64,000 nt of DNA from contig JBJCIZ010000631.1 in NCBI GenBank assembly GCA_051294375.1, forward strand, positions 82,665-146,664. The letters are read 5' to 3'. Position 1 is the first letter of the stretch; each line of letters begins with the position of its first letter. This DNA comes from Paraspadella gotoi. Taxonomy: Eukaryota > Animalia > Chaetognatha. Below the pieces are notes generated by a model. That model searched no databases and had not been told where the DNA came from. It saw only the letters and a program-made list of their open reading frames with translations. Made by a program: the position numbers and the translations under genes. Positions 50,181 to 63,700 of this stretch are shown one piece after another.

Positions 50181-50620
50181 TATCTTGTAAAAGTGATGGA
50201 GGCCTTAAACCACCAAAGCCTGTCCAAAGTCAGGGGCGAGATAGCTTATTTATTAAATGAATGGATAATTTTTATATTGGTTGTACCAATTTCATAAAAT
50301 TCAGCTCCTTGTATTTTGATGCTAGTGCGGAGTACAATAAGTATTCCCCGATCTAATACTTAAGGGAGTGGTCTTTTCATACAATTGAAACATTCTTTGA
50401 AATATTTTCCACTTCATTGATAGGAAAGCCAGGTACTCTGGGAGTGAATAAAGGAGACTGTGAGAGAGTCTTGATTGAAAGCTTGCAGGGACCTGCTATG
50501 TCATTATCTTGTAAGAGTGATGGAGGCCTTAAACCACCAAAGCCTGTCCAAAGTCAGGGGCTAGATAGCTTATTTATTAAATGAATGGATAATTTTTATA
50601 TTGGTTGTACCAATTTCATA
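50181..50620. mobile_element. 440-bp insertion with 116-bp terminal direct repeats
   Basis: 50181-50296 and 50505-50620 are near-identical (period 324). The segment is absent from the homologous site at ~20870-20905. A partial copy lies at 42301-42478. Confidence 0.7.
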
Positions 50621-51139
50621 TAATGAAAAAATATAACAATCTAAAATTTTATTCAAGATTAAAATTTTTTAAGATGAGGAAATAAAATTTATTTGAATAA
50701 GTAAAAAAAATATTTGGAAGTCAAAAATATCATAGTCGTTAAATGATTATTGTCAACTATATATTTTGTTAACAGAGATTATAATTTTTTGACCGTTATT
50801 ATTGAAAATAGTTTAGCTTTATAGCGACGAGTTTTCATTTCATACAATCAATATCAATCTCATTCATTTTCAATAATATGCAAAAAAAAGGTTTTCAACC
50901 TCATTTTGAACTAGATGAACAAAAGACTTCAGTCTTATTTCAATTGAAAAAAAAAGTTAATTGATGCTTAATCACACTCTAATAAAACAATTTTATTTTC
51001 ATAACGCCACTTTTTTCCTAATACAAAATCCCAAATTTATTTCCGAGATTTTCGTGGATTTTTATTTTTTTCCTTCTAAAAACTTTTATTATTATTTTAT
51101 TATTCTCTCTATATTTCTCTCTCAATCAACTCTCTGTCG

Positions 51140-51217
<78 letters not shown>

Positions 51218-51244
51218 TTCTCTCTCTCTAATTAACTCATCGCG

Positions 51245-51520
51245 TCAATGAATGACTAGCATCGCATCAATGAATGACTATCATCGCATCAATGAATGAC
51301 TATCATCGCATCAATGAATGATTATCATCCGATTAATGAAGAACTATCATCACATCAATGAATGATTATCATCGCATCACTGAATGATTATCATCGCATC
51401 CATCATTTGGTTATCATCGCATCAATCCTTTGGTTATCATCGCATCAATATTTGGTTATCATCGCATCAATATTTGGTTATCATCAAAAGCAGGCTCGAT
51501 CCCTATTGCTTTTAAGATTT
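51245..51520 (+). repeat. 22-bp minisatellite with variant gradient and terminal hairpin-like motif
   Basis: atcatcgcatcaatgaatga(c/t)t units grade into atcatcgcatcaatatttggtt, ending aaaagca-ggctcgatccctat-tgctttt. Confidence 0.9.
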
Positions 51521-51719
51521 TTTGCTACGCTTTACTACTGACGTACGTAACTATGGGTTAACTCTTAAATATTTTTGGTTAAAGCTTCGTTGACCACTTA
51601 TACGACCACCAAGAAGACGAAATCTAGTTGCAACTTCGATCCCGCCACTTCGCTCGGTGAGTAGGCGAGAGAGTTCATCTGCTGAAGTCTAAGAGCGCCA
51701 GAAAACTACTGCTTAGAAA

Positions 51720-51781
<62 letters not shown>

Positions 51782-52371
51782 AGATCGAGGGTTGCTAATT
51801 CTGAGTTGGCAAAACCCTCAGAAAAAAAAGATTTCTTATTTCTGATGCAGAAAGAAGAAAGATGAGTTTGATTAATGGAGCGGGAAAGAAGCAAAGAGAG
51901 AAGAGAAGGAAATCTGTGTTAGGACAATAAAAACAATAGCTTGAATAAAAAGGACCGACAGATCAGTAGGATTAAGAAGATAGAAAAAAAATGTAGAGGA
52001 AAGGAGAAGAATGAAATGGATGAAAGAAAAAAAAACAAAGAAACAATTAAATAAAAATAGTGAGAAAGAAAGACGGAAAGCAAAAAGTCAAGAATGAAAC
52101 GAAAATAAATAAAGATCCAATCAAAAAAAAATTTAAAAAAAGTTTATATCTAGTAAAAATGTATCCTTTAATTTAAAAAAAAAGTTTTATAAACTCTTGT
52201 TATTCAAACAATAACTAATATATCAAATTATATGATTTAACTGAAATACAATGTCGATAGGTGGCGTGAACAAATCGAAGGAAAGAAAAAACCATTAACG
52301 AATAAGAAGAACCAAGCACTTTAAATTTTCTCTTCTCAGTTTTCGGAGATTATATAACGTTAAAAAAGAAA

Positions 52372-52648
52372 TGAAAAATCTTAAAAGCATAAGGATCGAG
52401 CCACCTTTTGATGGTAACCAAATATTGATGCGATGATAACCAAATAATTGACGTGCGATGATAACCAATATTGATGCGATGATAACAAAATGATTGATGG
52501 TGATGGATAATCAAATGATGATGCGATGATAGTCATTCATTGATATGATGATAATCATTCATTGATACGATGATAGTCATTCATTGATGCGTTCATTCAT
52601 TCATCTAAATAAAACAAAACAAATAGCGAGTATGAGTGAAAGAGAGGA

Positions 52649-52700
<52 letters not shown>

Positions 52701-52837
52701 CTGGACAGTTTTCCCGCACCGAAACGCGCATTATTATGTCTCTCGTCGTTTATATAAAGAATAATCAGAATTTTTAGGAAAAAAATCCACGAAAATCTCG
52801 GAATATGGCGATAATAAATTTTTAGAAGGAAAAAAAA

Positions 52838-52900
<63 letters not shown>
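52372..52900 (-). repeat. Inverted copy of the (CT)n / 22-bp minisatellite / hairpin module
   Basis: aaaaatcttaaaagcataaggatcgagcc...ttgatgcgatgataacc...(GA)n...aaatccacgaaaatctcgg is the revcomp of ~51030-51520. Confidence 0.85.
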
Positions 52901-53269
52901 AAAAAAGATTGTTCTTTTTTAGGAAGAAACCAGACCGAGGTCAAATTTTAATATTTGCATATTTAATTAATTTTATAAATTAGTTATCACAACTCAAAAG
53001 TTAAAATAATAAAATAACACAAAAAAAATATTTTTTTTAATAAATTTAATAATAGTAGCAATTTTATCAGAATAACAAAAAAGTAATGTTTATTTACTAT
53101 ATCCTCTTATCAACTCCTATTTTAGATATAAATTTGGCCAATTAGTGGTGCCACAGCGCGTCAAAGTTTGCAATATAAATAACACAATTTTTTTTTATAA
53201 TGTGATGCATGCAGTTTAATATTTATTCGGCTAAAGTGCTGCATTTAACAGGTCACATAGCTGATTTAT

Positions 53270-53904
53270 ATGTGACAATGCATCATTATAAGTATTCTCC
53301 TTTTTGCTAATGAATCCACAGAAAATCTCGGATGTAAATTTGGGATTTTGTATTGAGAAAAAGCAATAAATGGCGATAATAAGTTTTTAGAAGGAAAAAC
53401 ATAATATAATTTCTCAAAAAGAACGATCACGAAGAGAGAGAGAGAGAGCGCTGGAACAGTTCCGTTAACTCGTTACTCGTCGCCTAGTGACGGTGGGTGA
53501 AAAAAAAAGTGATAAAATTTTTTTTGTAAAAAAAAGAGATAGAGGAGAGAAGAGAGAGAGAGAAAGAGAGAAGAGATGAGAGAGAGAAGCGAAGCGTAAG
53601 GAATGTTCGCTTGACATTGTTTACTCGTTAACGGCCACGAATCAGGAAAGGGAAAAAGGCAATAAAAATGCTGATAATAAAAAGTTTTTAAGAAGGAAAA
53701 AAAAAGAGAAAAGAGAGAGAGAGAGAGAGAGAAGAAAAAGAAAAAACCGAATTTTCTTTCCAATTATATCTCAGATATAAATTTGGGATTTTGGTATTGA
53801 AAAAAAAAGCGTCAGAATAAATGGCGAAATAAAGTTTTTAGAAGGAAAAAAATAATCAGGAATTTTTCAGAAAAACGAACAGAGAAGAGAGAGACAGAAA
53901 AGAC

Positions 53905-53935
<31 letters not shown>

Positions 53936-54060
53936 CAGAAAGAGAAAAAGAGGAGACAGAAAAAGACAGAAAGAGACAGAAAGAAAGGAAAGCTGGAAGG
54001 CAAGCTGAACAGCATGCAGAAGCTGAACTCTTTTTTAAGGCTTCGGAAATAAAGCAGCAA
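53270..54060 (-). repeat. Inverted copies of the CT-rich composite repeat
   Basis: aaatctcggatgtaaatttgggattttgtattgag, tactcgtcgcctagtgacggtgg and tcagaaaaacgaac are revcomps of motifs in 41290-42260. Confidence 0.8.
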
Positions 54061-54591
54061 CTGACAAATATAGTGTTTTTTTTTGTTTTTTTTTTTGTTT
54101 TTTTATTAATACCACAAAACAGTATTACATATGCATTAAAACAGTAATAGTGGTAAAAGACTGGAGAAAACTAAACTTTGTATTTGAAAATTTTTCAATA
54201 AAACCAAAAGACGGCCTAACATTTAAAGGACTGGGAACAAGTAAAACTAAACTACATATTGAAATTCAATAAAAAACAAAAGACCCTAACGTTTTAAAAT
54301 TCATTAATAAATGTTATGAACTAATTCATAGAAACTATAAAAATAACGTTCATAGAACGTTTTAGAGGATCAATGTAAAAATCCATAAAACCGGAAAAAA
54401 CTAAAAAACGAAAAATGTCAAATGTCAAGAGAAGCAATAGTTTTTAATTTTAAATATTTGTATTTTTATTTTTTGATAATGCGTAAAATAAAAAGCAAAA
54501 AAATATGACAACAAAGACAAAAAACAAAAAATATAAAGCATAAAACGAAAAACAATTGTAAGTAAAACGTTCAAGATAATGCGTAAAAACA

Positions 54592-54691
54592 NNNNNNNNN
54601 NNNNNNNNNNNNNNNNNNNNNNNNNNNNNNNNNNNNNNNNNNNNNNNNNNNNNNNNNNNNNNNNNNNNNNNNNNNNNNNNNNNNNNNNNNN
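54592..54691. other. Assembly gap (100 N)
   Basis: N run. Confidence 1.
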
Positions 54692-54734
54692 AAGAAGAGA
54701 GAGTGATACTGTGTGTGTACTGCATAGTGAAGAG

Positions 54735-57700
54735 GGATTGGAAAAAGCGTTTTTCCTTTGTTTTTAAAACAGTTTTTATCTCTTTGGAAGTCATTTGCTG
54801 GTGTTTTTTACGTTATCTTTTTTTACATTGAAAGCTCGTTATCAGTGTTTTTTTATGTCTTTTTACACCTGGAAATAATCGTTTGCCGTTTTTTTAAAAG
54901 TTTTTTATTTTTTTATATTGGAAAAGAAACTTTCCATGTGTTTTTAACGTTTTTTTTTTTTTTATATTTGGAAAAGAAAGTTTGCTAGTGTTTTTAAACG
55001 TGTTTTATCTCTTTTTAAACATTGGAAAAAAAGCGTTTCTTTGTTTTAAAAGATTTTATCTCTTTGAAAATGTCGTCTGCCGGTGTATTTAACGTTTTTA
55101 TACTTTTTACATTAGAAAACGTTTATCGTGTTTTTTTCTCTTTTTACATTGGAAAAATCGTTTGCCGCGTTTTTATTAGTTTTTTCTCTTTTTATATTGG
55201 AAAGAAGTTTTGCTAGTGTTTTAAACGTTGTTATCTCTTTTTACATTGAAATGCAGTCTGCCGGTGTTTAACGTTTTTATCATCTTTTTACAAATGAAAA
55301 GTCGTTTTTGATGTTTTAACGTTTTTAGCTTGTTTTACATAGAAAAGTCGTTTTGAGGTTTTTCAACGTTTTATTTCTTTTTTTATGGAAAAGTGTTTGC
55401 CAAAGTTTTAATAACGTTTTTTATCTTTTTTTACATTGGAAAAAGCTTTTTCTTTGTTTTTAACTTTTTATCTCTTGGAAAAGTCGTTTGCTCGGTGTTT
55501 TTACGTTATTATCTTTTTTACATTAGAAAAAATCATTTTATCGGTGTTTTTTATGTCTTTTTAACACAGGAAAAATCGTTTGCCGGTTTTTTAAAAGTTT
55601 TTTTGTATTTTGAGTTGCTGTGTTTATTTATTTCTGAATATTGAAAAGAAGTTTGCTGGTTTTTAACGTTTTTATCTCTTTTATATTGGAAAAAGCGTTT
55701 TCTTTGTTTTTAAGGTTTTATCTCTTGGAAAGATTCGTCTTGCTCGGTGTTTTACGTTTTATCTTTTTTTACATTAGAAAACGTTTTATCGGTGTTTTTA
55801 TCTCTTTTTACACTGGAAAAATCGTTTCCGGTTTTTTAATTTTTATTTCTTTTTATATTGGAAAAGAAGTTGCTAGTGTTTTATACTGTTTTTATCTTTT
55901 TAATTGGAAAGAAGTTGTTGCCAGTGTTTTTAACGTTTTTATCTCTTTTACATTGGAAAAAAGCGTTTTTCTTTGTTTTAAAGTTTTTATCTCTTGGAAA
56001 TGTCGTCTGCAAGGTGTATTTAACGTTTTTATAACTTTTTACATTAGAAAAACCTTTATCGGTGTTTTTTATCTCTTTTACATTAGAAAATATCGTTTAC
56101 CGGTTTTTTTAAGTTTTTAATTTCTTTTAATATTGGAAAAGAAGTTTGCTAGTGTTTTTAACGTGTTTTATCTCTTTTTACATTGAAATGTCACTCTGCG
56201 GTGATATTTAACGTTTTTAATCTTCTTTTACAAATGAAAATCGTTTTTTATGTTTTTTACGGTTTTAGCTTTTTTTACCATAGGAAAAGTCGTTTGACGG
56301 GTTTTTCAACGGTTTTATTTTTTTTATTGAAAAGTTGTTTGCCAAAGTTTTACGTTTTTTATCTCTTTTACATTGGAAAAGCGTTTTCCTTTTGTTTAAA
56401 ACGTTTTTATTTCTTTGGAAAAGTGTTTGCTGGGTTTTTTTACGTTATCTTTTTTTACATTAGAAAAGTCGTTAGTCGTGTGTTTTTTATTTTTTTTACA
56501 TGGAAAATCGTTTGCCGCGTTTTTTATTTTTTTCTAAGCAAAAGTTTCTAATGTTTTGACGTTTTTATTTTTTTATTGGAAAAGAAGTTTGCTAGTGTTT
56601 TTAACGTATTTTATCTCTTTTTTAACATTGGAAAAAGCGTTTTTCTTTGTTTTAAACGGTTTTTATCTTCTTGGAAAAGTCGTTTGCTGGTGTTCTTTTA
56701 CGTTTATTTCTTTTTTTATACATTAGAACAAGTCGTTTATCGGTGTTTTATGGCTTTTTAACCACTGGAAATAATCGTTTGACCCGTGTTTTAAAAAGTT
56801 TTTAATTTCTTTTTATATTGGAAAAGAAGTTTGCTAGTGTTTTTAACGTTTTATTTCTTTTATGAATTCGTGCGTGATTAACTTATTATGAAAGTTTAGG
56901 TTTATCTTATTGGAAATGTTTAGTTTTACGTTATTCTTGTTTATGGAAGAAGTTTCTAGTTTACTTTCTTACTTTTACTTGGAAAACTTTTGTTTGTTAT
57001 CTTGGATGTCGTGCCGGTGTATTTAACGTTTTATACTTTTTTACAATTAGGAAAAGTCGTTTTTATTTTAAGTTTTGTTTTATAGAAATCTTGAGTGGTT
57101 TTCACGTTTACTTTTTGAAGCATTTTGCGTTTCTTTTTACATTGGGAAAAGTACTTGTACGTTTTACTTAAAAACGTTGCTGGTTTTTTTTATATCTTAT
57201 TGAAGTCGTTTCTTTATGTCTTCATTGAAAATCGTTGCTTAAAGTTTTATTCTAGGAGTTAGCTATTTTACTTAGGCTTTAATGGAAAAGAAGTTTGCTA
57301 GTGTTTTTACGTTTTTACTCTTTTACATTGGAAAAGCGTTTTTCTGGTAAGTTTATCCTTGGTTCGTCGCGGTGTATTTAACGTTTTTATACTTTTTACA
57401 TTAAGCTTTAGTGTTTTAATCTCTTTACATTGAAAATCGTTTTGCGTTTGATGTGTTTAAGTTTTAGTTTTTTTTAATATGAAAATTGTGTGCTGTGCTT
57501 TTTCAACGTTTTATTCTTTCTTTTTAATGGAAAAGCGTTTTTCTTTGTTTTAAAGTTTTTATCTCTTTGGAAAAAGTGTCGTTTGCTGGTGTTTTTTACG
57601 GTTATTATCCTTTTTTACAATAGAAAAGTCTTTTATCGAATGTTTTTATCTCTTTTTTACACTGAAGAAATCGTTGCCGGTTTTTTAAGGTTGTTATTTC

Positions 57701-60700
57701 TTTTTATATTGAAAAGAAGTTGCTAGTGTTTAACGTTTTTATCTCTTTTTACATTGAAAAATTCGTCTCACGGTGTATTTAACGTTTATCTCTTTTTACA
57801 AATGAAAAGCGTTTTTAGATTTAGTGAGTTTAATAGAAGTTGTTTGACGGGTTTTTCAACGGTTTATTTCTTTTTTATTGGAAAAGTTGTTGCCAAAGTT
57901 TTTAAACGTTTTGATCCTTTTTACATTGGAAAAGCGTTTTCTTTGTTTTAAACCTTTTTATCCTCTTGGAAGAAGTCGTCTTGCCTGGTGTTTTATTACG
58001 TTTATTATCTTTTTTACATTAAAAAGTCGTTTATACGGTGTTTTTTATCGTCTTTTTACATCTGGAAAAATTGCGTTTGCCGTATTTTAAAAGTTTTTAT
58101 TTTTATTTAGACTGTGTTTTCGTTATTTTGGAAAAGAAGTTTGCTAGTGTTTTTAAACGTTTTATCTGTTTTTTACATTGGAAAAAGCGTTTTTTTTGCT
58201 TTTAAAGTTTTTTCTCTTTGGAAGATGTCGTCTGCCGTGTATTTACGTTTTAATACTTTTTAATTAGAAGAACGTTTTCGTATGTTTTTCTCATCTTTTA
58301 CATTGAAAAAATCGTTTACCGGTTTTTTTTAAAGTTTTTTTTTCTTTTTATTGGAAAGAAGTTTGCATAGTTTTTTACGTTTTTATCTTCTTTTAATCAT
58401 TTGAGAAATGTCGTTGCCGTGTATTTAACGTTTTTATCTCTTTTTACAATGAGAAAGTCGTTTTGAGTTTTTAACGTTTTAGCTTTTTTGTACATAGGAA
58501 AAGTCGTTTGACCGGGTTTTTCAACGGTTTTATTTCTTTTTTATTAGAAAGTTTGTTGCCAAAGTTTTTAACGTTTTAATCTCATTTTACTAGAAAAAGC
58601 GTTTTTCTTCTGTTTTTTAAAACGTTTTTATCTCTTTGAAAAGGTCGTTTGCTGGTGTTTTTACGTTATTATCTTTTTTTACTAGAAAAGTCTTTATGCG
58701 GTTTTTTTATGTCTTTTTAACTGGGAAAAATCGTTTGCCGGTTTTTTAAAAGTTTTTATTTCTTTTATATGGAAAAAGAAGTTTGCTAGTGTTTTTAACG
58801 TTTTTATTTCTTTTACATGGAAATGTCGTCTGCCCGGTGTAGATTTAACGTTTATATCAACTTTTTAGCATTAGAAAAGTTTATCGGTGTTTTTTATCTT
58901 CTTTTTAACGATTGGAAAAACGTTACCGTTTTTTTTTACGTTTTTATTTCTTTTATATTGGAAAAGAAGTTTGCTAGTGTTTTTAACGTTTTTATCTCTT
59001 TTTTACATTGGAAATGTCCGTCTGCCGGGTGTATTTTAACGTTTTTAATCTCTTTTTACAAATGAAAAGTCGTTTTTGATGTTTTTAACGTTTTTAGCTT
59101 TTTTTTTACATAGGAAAAGTTGTTTGAACGGGTTTTTCAATGTTTTTTATTTCTTTTTTATTGGAAAAGTTTGTTTTGCCAAAGTTTTTACGTTTTTATC
59201 TTTTTTTACATTGGAAACATTTTTCTTTGTTTTTAAACGTTTTTATCTCTTTGGAAAAGTCGTTTGCCGTGTTTTTACGTTATTATCTTTTTTACATTAG
59301 AAAATCGTTTATCGGTGTTTTTTATCTTTTTTTACAGCAGGAAAATCGTTTGCCGGTTTTTAAAAGTTTTTATTTTTTTATATTGGAAAGAGAAGTTTGC
59401 TAGTGTTTTTAACGTTTTTATTTCTTTTTATATTGGAAAAGAAGTTTGCTTAGTGTTTTCTAACGTTTTTATCTCTTTTTTAACATGTGAGGAAAAAAGC
59501 GTTTTTTTGTTTTTAAAAGTTTTTCATCTCCTTGAAATGCGTCTGCGGTGTATTTAAAACGTTTTTAATCACTTTTTAATATTAGAAAACGTTTATTCGG
59601 TGTTTTTTTATCTCTTTTTTACATGGAAAAATCGTTTACCGCGTTTTTTTTAAGTTTATTTCTTTTTTATATTGGAAAAGAAAGTTTGCTAGTGTTTTTA
59701 ACGTTTTTTACTGTCTTTTTACATTGGAAGAAGAGTTTTGCCTAGTGTTTTAACGTTTTTTATCACTCTTTTTACATTGGAAAGAAGCGTTTTTCTTATG
59801 TTTTTAAAGTTTTTAATCTCTTTGAGTATAATGATCGTCTGCCGGTGTATTTAACGTTTTTATAAACTTTTAACATTAGAAAACCCTTTTATCGTGTTTT
59901 TTAGTCTTCTTTACATTAGAAAAATCGTTTACCGGTTTTTTTTTAGTTTAATTTCTTTTGAGTATTGGAAAAGAAGTTTGCTCTCAGTGCTTTTTAACGT
60001 TTTATCTTTTTTTACATTGGAAAAAGCGTTTTTTTTGTGTTTTTAAAAGTTTTTATCTGCTTGGAAATGTCCGTCTGCCAGTGAGGTAATTAACGTTTTT
60101 GATCACTTTTTACAATCAGAAAACGTTTATCGGTATTTTTTCTCTCTTTTTACATTGAAAAAATCGTTTACCGGTTTTTTTTAAGTTTTTATTTTCTTTT
60201 TATATTGGAAAAGAAGTTTGGCGTGAGTCTTTAACGTTTTTATCTTTTTTTAACATTGGGCAATCGTCGTCTGCCGGTGTAGTTTAATCGTTTTAATATC
60301 TTTTACAAATGAAGAGTCGTTTTTTACGTTTTTAACGTTTTTGAGCTTTTTTTAACATAGGAAATAGTCGTTTTGAACGGGTTTTTCAACGGTTTTATTT
60401 CTTTTTATTAGAAAATGTTCGGTAACCAAATGCTTTAACGTTTTTATCTCTTTTTGACTTTATGACACACACACCGCAGCGCTTTTCTTTGTTTTTAACG
60501 GGAGGTTTTATCATATTTGGAAAAGTCGTCGGCTGGTGTGTTTTATACGTCAATTCTTTTTTTACATTAGAGAAGAGGTCGTTTCGGTGTTTTTTATGTC
60601 TTTTACATGGAGAAATCGTTTGCACGGTGTCTTGTTAAGAAAGTATAGTGTTACTTTTATATAGTTGGAAAAGAAAGTTTGCTAGTGTTTTAACTGAGTT

Positions 60701-63700
60701 CTTATTTGTTTATTCATTGGAAATTCGTCGTGCCGGGTGTATTTAAGTCGTGTTAATATCACTTTTTACTCATAGAAAACGTTATCGGTGTTTTTATCTC
60801 TTTTTCATTGGTAAAGAATCGTTTACGCGTTTTTTTTTACGTTTTTATTTCTTTTAATATTGGAAAAGAATTTGCTAGTTGTTTTTAAACGTTTTTATCT
60901 CTTTTTAACAGTTGGAGTAACTGTCCGTCTTGCCCGGTGTATTTAACGTTTTATCTCTTTTTACAAATGAAAGTCGTTTTTGAATGTTTTTTTTAAACGT
61001 TTTTAGCTTTTTTTAGCATAGGACAAGTTGTTTGAACGGGTTTTTCAATGTTTTTAATTTCTTTTGTTTATTGGAAAGTATTCTGCCAAAACTTTTTAAC
61101 GTTTTTTTATCTTTTTAACATTGAGGAAAATAGTTCATTTTTTTTGTTTGTAACGTCTGTTTTATACTCTTTTGAGGAAAGAGACGCCAGCTCGTGGTTA
61201 TTATTTAAGAATCTTTTTTTATCATTTAGAAAAAAATCGTTTATCGGTGTTTTTTGATCTTTTCTTTACCCTCAGGAAAATGGGTTTGCCGGTTTTTTAA
61301 AAGTTTTATTTTATTTTATATTAGAGATACAAGAGTGCTAGTGTTGTTTAACGGTTTACTTATTTCTTTTTACTATTGTGATATATGTATAAGTTTGCTA
61401 AAGTAGTTTTAACTGTTTTATCTCTTATTATATTGATAAAAGCGTTTTTCTTTGTTTTTAAAGTTTTTTATCTCCTTGGAAATGACGGTTGCCGGTGTTA
61501 TTAACGTTTTATCACTTTTATATTAGAAAACGTTTATCGGTGTTTTTTATCTCTTTTACATTGGGAAAAAATCGTTTACCGGTTTTTTTTTAAGTTTTTA
61601 TTTCTTTTAAATAATTGGAAAAGAAGTTTGCTAGTGTTTTTTAACGTTTTTAATCTCTTTTTTACTTGGAAAAGAAAGTTTGCTAGTGTTTTTAAACGTT
61701 TTATCTCTTTTACATGGAAAAAGCGTTTTTCCTTTGTTTTTTTAAATTTTTATCTCTTTTGGAAATGTCGTCTGCCGGTGTATTTAACCGTTTTATATAC
61801 TTTTACATTAGAAAACCTTTATCGGTGTTTTTTATCTTCTTTACATTAGAAAAATCCGTTTTACCGGTTTTTTTTTAAAGTTTTTATTTCTTTTTATATT
61901 GGGAAAAAGAGTTTGCTATGTGTTTTTACGTTTTTATCTCTTTTTTAACATTGGAAATGCCGTCTTGCGGTGTTATTTAATGTTTTTTATTTCTTTATAC
62001 AAATGAAAAGTCGTTTTTTGATGTTTTTAAGTTTTAGCTTTTTTTACACTAAGGAGAAAGTCGTTTTGAACGTTTTCAAGGTTTTTATTATTTTTTGTTA
62101 TTGAAAAGTTTGGTTTGCCAAAGTTTTTAAAACCGGTTTTTATGCTCTTTTTAACATTGGAAAAAGCGTTTTTCTTTGCTTTTAACGGTTTTTTATCTCC
62201 TTGGGAAAAGTTGTTTGCTGGGTTTTTACGTTATTATGCGTTTTTTTAATTAGAAAAGTCGTTTATCGGTGTTTTTTATGTCTTCTTTTACATTGGAGAA
62301 AATCGTTTGCCGGTTAAAAGTTTTTATTTCTATTTATATTGGAACAAGAAGTTTGCTAGTGTTTGTGTAACGTTTTTATCTCTTTTTGACATTGGAAAAA
62401 GCGTTTCTCTTTGTTTTTACGCATGTTTTATTCTTTTGAGGAAAAGTCGCTGCTGGTGTTTTTTACGTTATTATCTATTTACATTAGACAGTCGTTATCG
62501 GTTTTAAGCTCGTTACGGTAGTCTTTTAGCACATGGAAAAATCGTTTGGCCGGTTTTTTAAAAGTATTTTTGATTCTTTTATATTAGGAAAAGAAAGTAT
62601 GTCTAGTGTATTTTAACAGTTTTTATTTTCTTGTTACATTGGAAATGTCGTCTGCCGTGTGTAATTTAACGTTTTATACTTTTTACATTAAAAACGTTTA
62701 TCGGTTGTTTTTATCTCTTTTTAACATTTGCGAAAAATCGTTTACTTTTTTTTACGTTTTTATTCTTTTAATTATTGGAAAAGAAGTTTGCTAGTGTTTT
62801 TTAAAACGTTTTTTACGTCTTTTTACATTGGAAATTGTCGTCTGGCCGGTGTATTAACGTTTTTATCTCTTTTTACAATTTGAAAAAAAAATCGTTTCTT
62901 TTTTAATGTTTTTAACGTTTTTAGCTTTTTTTTACATAGGAAAAGTCGTTTGACGGGTTTTTCAACGGTTTTATTTCTTTTTTATTGAAAAAGTTGTTGC
63001 AAAGTTTTTTGACGTTTATCTTTTTTTACATTGGCAAAAGCGTTAACTTTGTTTTTATAAACGTTTTTATCTCTTTGGAAAAGTCGTTTGCTGGTGTTTT
63101 TTACGTTATTATATTCTACCGATATTTTTTACATTAGAAAATCGTTTTCCGCTGTTTTTTATGTCTTTCTTACACTGAAAACCACCGTTTGCCAGGTTTT
63201 TAAAAGTTTTATTTCTTTTTATATGGAAAGTAGTTTGCTATGTGTTTTTAAAACGTTTTTATTTCTTTTTATATTGGAAAAGAAGTTTGCTAGTGTTTTT
63301 AACGTTTTTAATCTCTTTTACTATTGGAAAAAGCGTGTTTTCTGTTGTTTTTAAAGTTTTTATACTCTTTGTGAAATGTCGTCTGGCCGGTGTATTTAAC
63401 GTTTTTATAACTTTTTATTTAACATTAGAAAAACGTTGTATCGGTGTTTTTTATCTCCTTTTAGCATTGGAAAATCGTGTTTGCCGGTTTTTTTAAAAGT
63501 TTTTAATTTCTTTTAATATTGGAAAGGAAGTTTGCTAGACTGTTTTAACTTTTTATCTCTTTTTACATTGAAGAAGCGTTTTTCTTTGTTTTTTAAAGTT
63601 CTTTTACTCTTTGGAAATGGTCGTCTGCCGTGTATTTAAGTGTTTTATCAACTTTTTACAATAGAAAAGTCTTTATCAATGTTTTTTATCTCTTTTTACA

